From positions 12,729-76,728 of the forward strand of contig JAVKBW010000008.1 of NCBI GenBank assembly GCA_040222995.1: a stretch of DNA of 64,000 nucleotides, written 5' to 3'. Source of the stretch: Alphaproteobacteria bacterium. GTDB lineage: Bacteria > Pseudomonadota > Alphaproteobacteria > UBA8366 > Aestuariispiraceae. Below are positions 9,996 to 20,018 of the stretch, piece after piece (the stretch's first letter is position 1; the number at the start of each line of letters is the position of its first letter). The notes beneath the pieces were generated by a model that saw nothing but the letters and a program-made list of their open reading frames with translations, had not been told where the DNA came from and did no database searches. The translations under genes were made by a program, and so were the position numbers.

Positions 9996-10718
9996 ATGCG
10001 TATTCTTCTGGTTGAGGACGATCCTTCAACGTCGAAAAGCGTCGAACTGTCGTTGAAGCATGAAGGCTATGTGATCGACGCCGTCGATCTTGGCGAAGAC
10101 GGGCTGGAGATCGCAAAAATCTATGAATACGACCTGATCATTCTGGATATCATGCTACCGGACATGACAGGATATGACGTGTTGCGGCAAATTCGCGCCG
10201 CCCGCCTGAAGACTCCGGTTTTGATCCTGTCCGGCCTTTCCGATCTCGACAACAAGTTGAAGGGGCTCGATACGGGCGCTGACGACTACCTGACGAAACC
10301 GTTCGACCAGCGCGAACTGCTGGCCCGGGTGCAGGCCATCGTGCGGCGGTCGCACGGGCATTCGACATCGGAAATCACCTGCGGTCCGCTGGTCATTCAT
10401 CTCGACCAGAAAACCGCCGAAATAAACGGCGAAGCCGTACCGCTGACCGGCAAGGAATATGGCATTCTGGAATTGCTGGCCCTGCGCATGGGGGTGACGC
10501 TTACCAAGGAAATGTTCCTCAACCATCTGTATGGCGGGATGGACGAGCCGGAAGCCAAGATTGTCGATGTCTTTGTCTGCAAGTTGCGCAAGAAGCTGTC
10601 GAAAGCGTCATCCGGCATCAATTTCATCGAAACCGTCTGGGGGCGCGGGTACGTGCTGCGGGAACTCGACAAGTCGCCCGACGATGTGGCCGAGACGAAA
10701 AAACTGAAACGCGCCTGA
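9996..10718 (+). CDS. ctrA: Cell-cycle master response regulator CtrA (OmpR family)
   Basis: [25 protein letters not shown]...[52 protein letters not shown]...[12 protein letters not shown] is nearly collinear with Caulobacter/Brucella CtrA. Confidence 0.92.
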   Translation: MRILLVEDDPSTSKSVELSLKHEGYVIDAVDLGEDGLEIAKIYEYDLIILDIMLPDMTGYDVLRQIRAARLKTPVLILSGLSDLDNKLKGLDTGADDYLTKPFDQRELLARVQAIVRRSHGHSTSEITCGPLVIHLDQKTAEINGEAVPLTGKEYGILELLALRMGVTLTKEMFLNHLYGGMDEPEAKIVDVFVCKLRKKLSKASSGINFIETVWGRGYVLRELDKSPDDVAETKKLKRA

Positions 10719-10724
10719 CCGCGG

Positions 10725-11555
10725 TCAGCCCCCCGCCAGAGCCGGCGTCCGTCCGGCAAGATGATACATGCCGCGCTGCCCCGGCACCGGGACGAAACGG
10801 TTGGAAACGCCCAGCACGGTTTCGGCCGCACCGAGAAACAGGATGCCGTCATCCGCCAGTCGATCGGCGATACCATCCAGCACCTGCGCCTTTGTCGCCT
10901 GATCGAAATAGATCAACACGTTGCGGCAGAATACGATATCGAACTGCCCGAGATCTTCGGCGGAATTCAGGAGGTTATGCTGCCGGAAAGTCACCATCGA
11001 GCGCAACGAGGAATCGATCTGCCATTTTTCCTCGACCTTCCTGAAGTGCCGGATCAGGGTTCTGATCGGCAAGCCCCGCTGCACTTCGAATTGCGTATAC
11101 AGTCCGGCTCTGGCCTTGTTCAGCATTTCCGAGGAAATATCCGTGCCGTTAATGTCGAATGTCCATCCCGACATCGCCTCGCCCGACTCGCGGATCGACA
11201 GGCACAGCGAATAGGGTTCCTGGCCGCTTGAACAGCCGGCGTTCCATATCCGCACCCGTCCCGCCCGGGCCTGCATCATGCCGGGCAATACCACCTTGCT
11301 GAACTGATCGAACGGACGCCGGTCGCGAAAGAAGCTCGTCTCGTTCGTCGTCATGATTTCCGTGATCTGCGTCAGGATCTCTTCAGGCATCTCGGAACGG
11401 ATATGACGCGCCAGTTCCTCAAGCCCCGGAAACCCGTATTTCCGGCCGATCGGCGTCAACCGGGTTTCCAGCAGATACGCCTTGTCCTTCGGCAGAACCA
11501 GACCGGACCGGCGTTTCAGCAAACCGGACAGCAGTTCGAAAACTTCCGATTTCAT
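10725..11555 (-). CDS. cheR: Chemotaxis protein methyltransferase CheR
   Basis: ETSFFRD motif, SAM-binding IWNAGCSSGQEPYS, and FCRNVLIYFD. Confidence 0.9.
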   Translation of the reverse strand: MKSEVFELLSGLLKRRSGLVLPKDKAYLLETRLTPIGRKYGFPGLEELARHIRSEMPEEILTQITEIMTTNETSFFRDRRPFDQFSKVVLPGMMQARAGRVRIWNAGCSSGQEPYSLCLSIRESGEAMSGWTFDINGTDISSEMLNKARAGLYTQFEVQRGLPIRTLIRHFRKVEEKWQIDSSLRSMVTFRQHNLLNSAEDLGQFDIVFCRNVLIYFDQATKAQVLDGIADRLADDGILFLGAAETVLGVSNRFVPVPGQRGMYHLAGRTPALAGG

Positions 11556-11616
11556 CGCGCCGCCCCCCCGCGGTCGAACCGGCCGCCAACCTGCGTCAAT
11601 ATGCGAGGAAATACGG

Positions 11617-11982
11617 TCAAAGCAGACCGACCTGGGTCAGCTTGCTGTGGATGATTTCGCTGTCGAAAGGCTTCATGATGTATTCGTCCGCGCCGGCGGC
11701 AATCGCCTGTTTGATGTGGTCGACCGTGTTTTCGGTCGTACACAGGATAACAGCGGTATCGCGGCCGCCCGGCAACTGGCGCAAGGCGGTGAGAAATTCG
11801 ATCCCGTCCATGATCGGCATCTGCCAGTCGACCAGCACGCCGTCCGGCAGGTGACGCCGGCACATTTCCAACCCCTGCGCGCCGTTTTCGGCCTCGCTTA
11901 CCGTGAATCCGTACTCTTCCAGGATTTTCCGGGCAACCAGCCGGATCACCCGGGAATCGTCGACGATCAGACAGGTTTTCAT
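11617..11982 (-). CDS. cheY: CheY-like single-domain response regulator
   Basis: MKTCLIVDDSRVIRLVARKIL...VLVDWQMPIMDG...ADEYIMKPF. ATG at 11982. Confidence 0.85.
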   Translation of the reverse strand: MKTCLIVDDSRVIRLVARKILEEYGFTVSEAENGAQGLEMCRRHLPDGVLVDWQMPIMDGIEFLTALRQLPGGRDTAVILCTTENTVDHIKQAIAAGADEYIMKPFDSEIIHSKLTQVGLL

Positions 11983-12129
11983 ACCAGTGCTCCGTCCGGA
12001 CGCGTGCAGAACCGGCCGGGATTCGCATCCATGCAGGTCCAGAAAATACGGCGCCACCCCATCATCTTGGCAGGATACCTTAAACGTAAGCGGTTGAGAA
12101 AGCGCAAATCCCGGCTGAAAAAGAGGCGC

Positions 12130-14100
12130 TCAGACACAATCGGCCAGCGCCTGCAGAAGACCGTCGCGGTTGTACTTTTCAATGCGGTCGGTGAAACCGG
12201 CCCGATGGTCCTTCTGCAAGTCGTCCGGCGCGGCGCGGGATGACACCGCGATTACAGGAACCTTCGCCCAGCGTCTGTCCCGGCGCAACGATTCGATAAA
12301 GTCGTAGCAACTGCTGTCCGGCAGGTCGGTGTCGCAGAGGATGGCGTCTATCGTGCGTTGCCGGTCGCACACCGCCAGCGCCTGTTCCGCCGTCGCCGCT
12401 GTCAGCACAGTATAACCCGATGCGGTCAGGATCGGCGCAAGCAGGTTGCGGATATAGGCGCTGTCGTCGATCAGCAGCAATCGTTTGCCGCCCGGCGCGT
12501 CGGCGCGCGGCGGCTCGGCGGAAGGCGTCGGCGACGCATCTTCGCGATGTCTGTAGTCGCAATAGTGATCGGCATCGACGATGTCGGTCAGCACGCCCTT
12601 CAGCACGGCGCTGCCGAGCAGGCCCGGCCCGCCGGTCAGCGGCTGTATGGCGATGCGCGTGTCGACAATGTCCGAAACCTCGTCGACGACCAGCCCGACC
12701 CGCCCGTCCGGCCGGCCGATCACCAGAACCGGCTTTCTGCCGCTGTCGGGCAGGTCGATACCCTCCCCAACCGGCACCAGCGGCAAGTCCCGGTCACGAT
12801 ACGCCAGGGTGACGCCGGCATCGTCGATCGAGACATCCTCGAAATCGACCTCTTCCAGACGAACCACTTTAGCCAGCGGGACCGCCATCGGCCGTTCCCC
12901 GCCGGCCCGGAACAGCAGATAGGCGGACGGGCTGTCGCCGAGTGCCGGCCGCCCGGCAACCGCCACGACAGGCGCTGCAAGGGCGGCTGAATTCAGAACC
13001 ATCGCCACAGAACCGTCGGCGAGAACCGTCGTGCCGGCATAGCAGTCGATGCCGCGGATGACCGACGCGACGGGCTGAACCACGATCTCTTCCGTCTCCA
13101 GCACGGCATCCACCAGAATGCCGAAAAGGGCATCGCCATTTCGCGCGACGACCACCAGACCGTCCCGTGCCGTCGCTGAATCAGCGTCATCGCCGGCAAG
13201 CTCGAAGACCGAGGCCAGGCTGACCACCGGCACGAGCCGGTCGCCCTGCCGCAGCACCAGCGACGACCGAACCTGTTCAAGCACCGTTCCCGATGTTTCG
13301 CCGACGGACAGGACTTCGTCGATGTCAGCCTGCAGCAGGGCGAAACGCTGATCCCGGCACTGCACGATGACCGCGGCCTCAAGCGGTTTCGATTGCGCTT
13401 CCAGCACGCCGCGGCGAAGCACCGAGGTGACGTCAGACAAGCGGCGCAACGAAGCGTCCACCGCGCCGTCGCCCCGGTTTCGCAGGATATCCATCAACTG
13501 GTTCCGGGTCGCGCCCAGTTCAGACACCATGCGCATCAGGTTTTCCAGCACATCCCGCCTGACGCGAACGGTTCCGGTTTCCGGGTCCGTTTCCCTGTCG
13601 GTCGCTACGGGAAGCCGGTCTTCCGCTTCATCCGTCGGTCTTTCCGGTGCGCGGACAGCCGCAGGCCCTTCAGGCTTGAGCCCGGGTTCGACGACACCGG
13701 TCTCGGCAAGCGCGGAAAGCCCGTTTACAAGCCGGTCGCGATCCATCGGATGGCCCGGTTCTTCGCCTGTTTCCCGCAAATGGTCGAGAATGGTTGAAAT
13801 CCGGTCGAATGCGACCCGAACCAGCCCCTGCACGTCTTCGGTCAACTCTATATCACCGGCGCGAAGACGCTCGACGACCGCATCGGCGGCCTGGGCCAGC
13901 GATTCCAGTTCGAAAAGTCTCAGAAAACCGCTGGTGCCCTTGATCATCCGCAGCAGGGAATGGACGTCGTCCAGCAGTGCCGCATCGTCGGGAGTCCGCG
14001 CCAGCGCCGACAAATCGCCGTCAAGCCGCGCCATCCGGTCGGACGTTTCGGAGAGAAATTCGGCGAGCAGATCGTCCATTCGCGGCCTGTCGATCGTCAT
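12130..14100 (-). CDS. CheA-like scaffold lacking the ATPase (P4) domain: Hpt(P1)-dimerisation(P3)-CheW-CheW-REC
   Basis: N-terminal Hpt (DDVHSLLRMIKGTSGFL). A P3-like helix (VRVRRDVLENLMRMVSELGATRNQL) is followed within about 30 aa by a CheW-like domain. A second CheW-like domain and a C-terminal receiver (KRLLLIDDS...CDTDLPD) follow. I found no N-box, G1 or G2 kinase motifs. Confidence 0.8.
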   Translation of the reverse strand: MTIDRPRMDDLLAEFLSETSDRMARLDGDLSALARTPDDAALLDDVHSLLRMIKGTSGFLRLFELESLAQAADAVVERLRAGDIELTEDVQGLVRVAFDRISTILDHLRETGEEPGHPMDRDRLVNGLSALAETGVVEPGLKPEGPAAVRAPERPTDEAEDRLPVATDRETDPETGTVRVRRDVLENLMRMVSELGATRNQLMDILRNRGDGAVDASLRRLSDVTSVLRRGVLEAQSKPLEAAVIVQCRDQRFALLQADIDEVLSVGETSGTVLEQVRSSLVLRQGDRLVPVVSLASVFELAGDDADSATARDGLVVVARNGDALFGILVDAVLETEEIVVQPVASVIRGIDCYAGTTVLADGSVAMVLNSAALAAPVVAVAGRPALGDSPSAYLLFRAGGERPMAVPLAKVVRLEEVDFEDVSIDDAGVTLAYRDRDLPLVPVGEGIDLPDSGRKPVLVIGRPDGRVGLVVDEVSDIVDTRIAIQPLTGGPGLLGSAVLKGVLTDIVDADHYCDYRHREDASPTPSAEPPRADAPGGKRLLLIDDSAYIRNLLAPILTASGYTVLTAATAEQALAVCDRQRTIDAILCDTDLPDSSCYDFIESLRRDRRWAKVPVIAVSSRAAPDDLQKDHRAGFTDRIEKYNRDGLLQALADCV

Positions 14101-14165
14101 CGGGTTGCATCGAAGCGCCAAGCTTACGGGAAACCGGCCGCAAAAGGCCAGCCGAATAGCGGTCC

Positions 14166-14816
14166 TCAGGCCGGCAGAAGCAGCCGGATCGTCACTGTAT
14201 CCGTGTCGGTTTCGACGAAAATCCTGCCGCCGATATCGTTTACCAGACAATACAGGTAGGCGGCATGAACCCGGTTTGCCGAAACATCGTCTTCCGGCCC
14301 ACCGGTCCTGAGCAGCGCCGCGATCTCATCGCGCAGGGTCGCCTGCGTGCCGCGCGCCGTCACTGTAGTTTCCGTCCCGCCGGCGGTTATCGACAGGCGT
14401 CCGCCCCGCAACAGCGACGCCGCCGCGATTTCCACCGCCAGCAGCAGGCATTTGCCCGCGCCCTCTTTCCGCAGAACCGCTTCATCGCCCTTCATCGACC
14501 AGAGGCCGGAAACGGACGATTTTTCAAGATAGCCGTCGACGGCGGATTTCAGCATATCAAGGCCGATGGGCGCTCGCCCGGCACAGCCATAGGCAAGCCG
14601 GAAGAACTGCAGCCTTTGCGACGCCCGGCCGGAACTGTCCGCCAGCAGCGCCAGCGTTTCCGGATCCGCCTCGCCCGTTTCGCCCAGCATTTCGATACCG
14701 GCGGAGACGCCGCCGACGGGCCCGACAAGTTCGTGCACCAGCCGCGAGGCCATAAGCTCAGCGAAATCGGTATGCTTGGGCATTGGTATTCCAGATGACA
14801 GTTTTGAAACATTCAT
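14166..14816 (-). CDS. chpT: Histidine phosphotransferase ChpT (CckA-ChpT-CtrA relay)
   Basis: FAELMASRLVHELVGPVGGVSAGIEML is the ChpT/HPTransfase phospho-His helix, followed by a degenerate CA-like C-terminal domain. An alternative start is at 14783. Confidence 0.8.
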   Translation of the reverse strand: MNVSKLSSGIPMPKHTDFAELMASRLVHELVGPVGGVSAGIEMLGETGEADPETLALLADSSGRASQRLQFFRLAYGCAGRAPIGLDMLKSAVDGYLEKSSVSGLWSMKGDEAVLRKEGAGKCLLLAVEIAAASLLRGGRLSITAGGTETTVTARGTQATLRDEIAALLRTGGPEDDVSANRVHAAYLYCLVNDIGGRIFVETDTDTVTIRLLLPA

Positions 14817-14976
14817 ACTGCATACTCACAGGCTGTTTCCCTTGATCGAGCTCAATTATCGCGCAAAGGCGTTAACATATCCTTTCCGGATCGCCTGTCT
14901 GCACTGTTTTTCTTCATCGTCCCGTTGCGATACGCTAAAGCGGTTCACGTTTAACCGGCGACAGGGAGGACCGACG

Positions 14977-15168
14977 ATGACCGGACAGGGACAGCATGGC
15001 CTGACGCCGGGCGTCTACGTGCGCAACGCCGCCGCGCCGGACTGGGGCGACGGCCAGGTACAGTCCGCAATCGGCAACAAGGTAACGGTGAATTTCGAAC
15101 ATTGCGGCAAGGTCGTGATCGATACAAGCGTGGTTCCCCTGCAGATCACCGATCCGTCAGGCGATTGA
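14977..15168 (+). CDS. DUF3553-like small protein
   Basis: 63 aa. GVYVRNAAAPDWGDGQVQSAIGNKVTVNFEHCGKVVID resembles DUF3553. An AGGGAGGA Shine-Dalgarno precedes the ATG at 14977. Confidence 0.55.
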   Translation: MTGQGQHGLTPGVYVRNAAAPDWGDGQVQSAIGNKVTVNFEHCGKVVIDTSVVPLQITDPSGD

Positions 15169-15279
15169 CGCGGTCCGCCCGGCATGGCATTGCCCGGTCG
15201 TAACCGGATCAGTGAATGACGCGGACCGTACAGTGCCAATGCGGCAAGACGGTCAGGATGCGTCCCTGAAAAGATAAAA

Positions 15280-17007
15280 GTGATTGAGATGTCGATGGCT
15301 GAAGACAATGGGCAGGTAAAGAAGTTCCGCAATCCCGGCTTCGGGCGGCGCAAGACGGTGCCGTTCTCGAAAGGGCGTCAGCCCGACCCGAAAGCCGTCG
15401 AAGAGGTCGCGGCCCTGCTGGGCGACCGGCCGCGCGACCGCGACCTGCTGATCGAGCACCTGCATCTTATCCAGGATAAATACGGCCATCTTTCCGCCGG
15501 CCACATGAACGCCCTGGCGACGGAAATGAAGCTCGCGATGGCGGAAGTCTACGAAGTCGCCTCGTTCTACGCGCATTTCGATCTGGTTCTGGAAGGCGAT
15601 GCGGCCCCGCCCCCGCTGACGATCAGGGTCTGCGATTCGCTGTCCTGCGAACTGGCCGGCGCGCAAGCGCTGCTGAAAGACCTGCCCGACGCCGTGGGCA
15701 AGGATGTCCGCGTCATCCGCGCGCCTTGCATGGGCCGCTGCCATGTCGCCCCGGTCGCCGAAGTCGGCCACTATCACGCCACCAACGCCACGGTGGACAG
15801 CATCGCCGAAGCGGTATCGACCGGCCACACCCATGCCGAAATTCCCGATTACCTGGGCTTTGAGGATTATGTCGCAGGCGGCGGCTACGCCCTTTTGAAA
15901 GACTGCCTGTCCGGCAAGCGGACCTTCGAGGAAATGGCCGACACGATCGAGGCGTCCGGCCTGCGCGGCCTTGGCGGCGCGGGTTTCCCGACCGGCAAGA
16001 AATGGAAGATCGTCCGCGGCACGCCCGGCCCGCGCCTGATGACCATCAACGGCGACGAAGGCGAACCCGGCACGATCAAGGATCACCATTACCTGACCCG
16101 CGACCCGCACCGCTTCATCGAAGGCGCGCTGATCGGCGCGTGGGCGGTCGAGGCGGAAGCCGTCTACGTCTACATGCGCGACGAATACCCGGATGTGCTG
16201 CATATCCTGCAAAAGGAAATGGACCGGGTAACGAAGGAAGGCCTCGCCGATCATACGAAGCTGATCCTGCGGCGCGGCGCCGGCGCGTATATCTGCGGCG
16301 AAGAATCCGCGATGATCGAAAGCATTGAAGGCAAGCGCGGCCTGCCCCGCCACCGCCCGCCCTATGTGGCGCAGGTCGGCATTTTCGGCAAACCGACTTT
16401 GGTCAACAATGTGGAAACCGTATTCTGGGTCCGCGAAATCATCGAAAAAGGCGCGGACTGGTTCAAGGGCCATGGCCGCAACGGCCGCACCGGGTTGCGC
16501 TCGTTCTCCGTTTCAGGGCGCGTGAAAGACCCGGGCGTCAAACTCGCGCCGGCAGGCATCACCATCCGCGAACTGATCGACGAATATTGCGGCGGCATGC
16601 TCGACGGCCACGCCTTCAAGGCCTATCTGCCGGGCGGCGCGTCGGGCGGCATCCTGCCCGCCAGCATGGGCGACATCCCGATGGATTTCGACACGATCCA
16701 GAAGGACGCCAAATATTCCTTCATCGGTTCCGCCGCCGTGATGGTTTTATCCGACAAGGACAGCGTGATCGACGCCGCGCTGAACATCATGCGGTTTTTC
16801 GAGGATGAAAGCTGCGGCCAGTGCACGCCGTGCCGCGTCGGCACCGAAAAGGCCGTGAAGCTGATGGCGCAAGACACATGGAACAAACCGCTGTTGCAGG
16901 AACTGGCGACGGCGATGATGGATGCCTCCATCTGCGGTCTCGGTCAGGCCGCCCCCAACCCGCTGCTCTGCGTGCTGGAATATTTCCCGGACGAGGTGCC
17001 TGCCTGA
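15280..17007 (+). CDS. fdsB: NAD-dependent formate dehydrogenase beta subunit, NuoE-like (FdsG) fused to NuoF-like (FdsB)
   Basis: N-terminal NuoE-type 2Fe-2S region (IRVCDSLSCELAG...APCMGRCHVAP). This is followed by the NuoF-type GLRGLGGAGFPTGKKW FMN/NADH site and ESCGQCTPCRVG 4Fe-4S motif. Confidence 0.85.
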   Translation: MIEMSMAEDNGQVKKFRNPGFGRRKTVPFSKGRQPDPKAVEEVAALLGDRPRDRDLLIEHLHLIQDKYGHLSAGHMNALATEMKLAMAEVYEVASFYAHFDLVLEGDAAPPPLTIRVCDSLSCELAGAQALLKDLPDAVGKDVRVIRAPCMGRCHVAPVAEVGHYHATNATVDSIAEAVSTGHTHAEIPDYLGFEDYVAGGGYALLKDCLSGKRTFEEMADTIEASGLRGLGGAGFPTGKKWKIVRGTPGPRLMTINGDEGEPGTIKDHHYLTRDPHRFIEGALIGAWAVEAEAVYVYMRDEYPDVLHILQKEMDRVTKEGLADHTKLILRRGAGAYICGEESAMIESIEGKRGLPRHRPPYVAQVGIFGKPTLVNNVETVFWVREIIEKGADWFKGHGRNGRTGLRSFSVSGRVKDPGVKLAPAGITIRELIDEYCGGMLDGHAFKAYLPGGASGGILPASMGDIPMDFDTIQKDAKYSFIGSAAVMVLSDKDSVIDAALNIMRFFEDESCGQCTPCRVGTEKAVKLMAQDTWNKPLLQELATAMMDASICGLGQAAPNPLLCVLEYFPDEVPA

Positions 17008-17028
17008 CCCGTTCGGTCAGACAACCGG

Positions 17029-17361
17029 CTACCCCGACTTCGTAACCTGCGCGTCCGGCGCGTCGACGCCGTCCGGCACGCCGTCGACAAGCAGAAAGCT
17101 GCTTTCGGCGGCAGCGTGGCGTATTTTTGCCACTTCCTGGTATTCCGGTGAGTTGTAGAAGGTTCTGACAACCTCTTTCGACGGAAATTCCAGCACCACG
17201 ATGCGCCTGTCGAAGGCCGGGCCTTCCAGCGCCTCGACCTCGCCGCCGCGCACGATGAATTTTCCGCCGTATTTCGTGACCAGCGCCGGCGTCTGCGCCG
17301 TGTACTTCTTGTAGGTTTCCGGGTCGTCAACACGGACGGTTGCAATCAGATAGGCGGTCAT
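17029..17361 (-). CDS. DUF1330 domain protein
   Basis: MTAYLIATVRVDDPETYKKYTAQTPALVTKYGGKFIVRGG...VVLEFPSKEVVRTFYNSPEYQE is the typical DUF1330 pattern. Confidence 0.75.
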   Translation of the reverse strand: MTAYLIATVRVDDPETYKKYTAQTPALVTKYGGKFIVRGGEVEALEGPAFDRRIVVLEFPSKEVVRTFYNSPEYQEVAKIRHAAAESSFLLVDGVPDGVDAPDAQVTKSG

Positions 17362-17375
17362 TGGCAGTTTCCTCC

Positions 17376-18413
17376 TTACGTCCAGTCCAGCACGATCTTG
17401 CCGGATTTGCCGGAACACATGGTTTCGAACCCGTCGAGATAATCGTCCACTTTCAGGCGGTGGGTGAGGATCGGGTTGAGGTCCAGCCCTTCCTGGATCA
17501 AAGCCGTGCCCTTGTACCAGGTCTCGAACATTTCCCGCCCGTAGATGCCCTTGATCTGCAGTCCCTTGAAGACGACCTGGGTGAGGTCGACGGCGGCGTC
17601 GCCGGGCGGGATGCCGAGAAGGGCGATCTTGCCGCCGTTGATCATCGCCTTCAGCATCGAATTGAAGGCGTGCGGGTTGCCGGACATTTCCAGCCCGACA
17701 TCGAAGCCTTCGGTCATGCCGAGGCTTTTCATCACGTCGTCGAGGCTGGTTTTCGACACATCGACCGCGTTCTGGATGCCCAGAGATTTCGCCAGATCCA
17801 GGCGGTACGGATTGACGTCGGTGATCACCACATGCCGGGCGGCGACCTTTTTGGCGACGGCGGCGGCCATGATGCCGATCGGCCCGGCCCCTGTCACCAG
17901 CACGTCCTCGCCCACCAGATCGAACGACAGGGCGGTGTGGACGGCATTACCGTAAGGGTCGAGAATCGCCGCCAGATCGTCGCTCAGATAATCCGGCAGC
18001 TTGTAGGTGTTGTGCGCCGGGATGGCGAGGTATTCGGCGAACGCGCCCGGCCGGTTGACGCCGACGCCGACCGTGTTGCGGCACAGATGTTCCCGCCCCG
18101 CCCGGCAGTTGCGGCACAGGCCGCAGACGATATGGCCCTCGCCCGACACCCGGTTGCCTATTTCGAACCCTTCGACATCCTCGCCCATCGCCGCAACTTC
18201 ACCGGCGAATTCGTGGCCGACCGTCATCGGCACGGGAATGGTTTTCTGCGACCACTCATCCCAGGTGTAGATATGGATATCGGTGCCGCAGATCGCGGTT
18301 TTCCTGATCTTGATCAGCAGATCGTTCGGGCCGTATTCCGGCACCGGCACGTCCTGCATCCAGATGCCGCGCTCCGGCTTCTGCTTCACCAGCGCTTTCA
18401 TTGTTTGTGGCAT
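17376..18413 (-). CDS. tdh: L-threonine 3-dehydrogenase
   Basis: [22 protein letters not shown]...[10 protein letters not shown]...GHEFAGEV; a zinc-ADH fold collinear with Tdh. It is downstream of kbl. Confidence 0.92.
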   Translation of the reverse strand: MPQTMKALVKQKPERGIWMQDVPVPEYGPNDLLIKIRKTAICGTDIHIYTWDEWSQKTIPVPMTVGHEFAGEVAAMGEDVEGFEIGNRVSGEGHIVCGLCRNCRAGREHLCRNTVGVGVNRPGAFAEYLAIPAHNTYKLPDYLSDDLAAILDPYGNAVHTALSFDLVGEDVLVTGAGPIGIMAAAVAKKVAARHVVITDVNPYRLDLAKSLGIQNAVDVSKTSLDDVMKSLGMTEGFDVGLEMSGNPHAFNSMLKAMINGGKIALLGIPPGDAAVDLTQVVFKGLQIKGIYGREMFETWYKGTALIQEGLDLNPILTHRLKVDDYLDGFETMCSGKSGKIVLDWT

Positions 18414-18438
18414 GACAGTTCTACCTTTTCCTCACGAT

Positions 18439-18503
18439 CCCCGGTCTTGAACCGGGGTCTTCATCCCATTCGGCGAAAGATCCCGGATCAGGTCCGGGAT
18501 TCG
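18439..18503. repeat. Two REP-like GC hairpins in the kbl-tdh intercistronic spacer
   Basis: CCCCGG-tcttgaa-CCGGGG (18439-18457) and TCCCGGAtcaggTCCGGGA (18481-18499). The same hairpin types recur at 24152-24171 and 31744-31921. Confidence 0.6.
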
Positions 18504-18505
18504 AT

Positions 18506-19696
18506 TTAAACAATAACGCCCATATCGCGCCCGACCTCGGCGAAGGCAGCGACCGCGCGGTCGATATCCTGCGCGCTGTGCGCGGCTGACATCTGGGTGC
18601 GGATACGCGCCTGGCCCTGCGGCACGACGGGGAAGAAAAAGCCGATCACGTAGACGCCCTTTTCCAGCATCGCCGCCGCCATATCCTGCGCCAGTTTGGC
18701 GTCGCCCAGCATGACCGGAACGATCGGGTGTTCACCCGGCGCGAGCGTGAAGCCCAGCTTCGTCATGTCGCTGCGGAAATGTTCGGCGTTGTTCCGCAGC
18801 CGGACCCTCAGGTCGTCGGACTGTTCCAGCATGTCGATCACCCGCAGGGAGGTCGCGGCGATCACCGGGGCCAAAGTATTGGAAAACAGATAGGGGCGCG
18901 ACCGCTGCCGCAGCCAGTCGACGATTTCCTTCTTCGCCACCGTATACCCGCCGGACGCACCGCCCAGCGCCTTGCCCAGCGTACCGGTCATGATATCGAC
19001 CCGGCCCTCGACGCCGCAATATTCCGGCGTGCCCCTGCCCCTGTCGCCGACAAAGCCGACGGCGTGGCTGTCATCGACCATCACCATCGCATCGTATTTT
19101 TCGGCCAGATCGCAGATCTCGGGTAGCTTCGCGATGAACCCGTCCATCGAGAACACGCCGTCGGTGGCGATCATCCTGAACTGGCTGCCGTCGGCCTCTT
19201 TCAGTTTTTCTTCCAGATCGGCCATGTCGGAATTGGCGTAGCGCAGCCGTTTCGCCTTGCAGAGCCTGATGCCGTCGATCATCGAGGCGTGGTTCAGGGC
19301 ATCGGAAATCACCGCGTCTTCCGGCCCCAGCAGGGTTTCGAACAGGCCGGCATTGGCATCGAAACAGGACGAATACAGGATCGCATCCTCGTAGCCGAGG
19401 AAACCGGCCAGCCGGGATTCCAACTCCTTGTGTTCCTCCTGCGTGCCGCAGATGAACCGCACCGACGCCATGCCGTACCCATACCGGTCGAGCGCCTGTT
19501 TGGCCGCCGCCACAAGATCGGGACTGTCGGCAAGGCCGAGGTAATTGTTGGCGCAGAAGTTCAGCACATGCGCGCCGCCGGCGACCTCGATATCCGCCGT
19601 CTGCTTCGACGTGATGACGCGCTCGGTCTTGTACAGACCCGCGTCCTTCAGGCCTTCGAGCTCGGTCCGCAAGTGCCCGGTGAAAGAAGAGATCAT
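18506..19696 (-). CDS. kbl: 2-amino-3-ketobutyrate CoA ligase (glycine C-acetyltransferase)
   Basis: PLP alpha-oxoamine synthase signature. [13 protein letters not shown]...[10 protein letters not shown]...[15 protein letters not shown] contains the PLP lysine. ATG at 19696. Confidence 0.92.
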   Translation of the reverse strand: MISSFTGHLRTELEGLKDAGLYKTERVITSKQTADIEVAGGAHVLNFCANNYLGLADSPDLVAAAKQALDRYGYGMASVRFICGTQEEHKELESRLAGFLGYEDAILYSSCFDANAGLFETLLGPEDAVISDALNHASMIDGIRLCKAKRLRYANSDMADLEEKLKEADGSQFRMIATDGVFSMDGFIAKLPEICDLAEKYDAMVMVDDSHAVGFVGDRGRGTPEYCGVEGRVDIMTGTLGKALGGASGGYTVAKKEIVDWLRQRSRPYLFSNTLAPVIAATSLRVIDMLEQSDDLRVRLRNNAEHFRSDMTKLGFTLAPGEHPIVPVMLGDAKLAQDMAAAMLEKGVYVIGFFFPVVPQGQARIRTQMSAAHSAQDIDRAVAAFAEVGRDMGVIV

Positions 19697-20018
19697 GACG
19701 GCAAACCCCCGCGATTTGGTTCTTATGCTGCAATCATGGCTGGTATGGCGATACTTGCAAACCGGCAAAACGGAGAAATTGCGGGAACGGAAAAATTTTC
19801 AGACGGCACGTCAGGTGCCTGTGACCGAAATTGCGCACAATGACAGAGTCCCGGCGCCGTGACCGGCGGCAGCCAACCAAGTCCGGTCACCACGGCCTCA
19901 AGCGCAATCACCTGGGCGTTACAGTATCCATAATTTAATACTTTTTCTTGCAATTCATTCTTGATTACACCGCCCCAAGCCATTTTGATGGCGGAGATAT
20001 ATCAGGGAATGGGACCGC

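Noticed and set aside
19859-19890. 8-bp perfect inverted repeat GTGACCGG-N16-CCGGTCAC in the kbl / REC-Hpt divergent region
   Set aside because: It could be an operator, but an 8-bp GC-rich palindrome in GC-rich DNA is weak evidence on its own. It is recorded only in case comparative alignment shows conservation.
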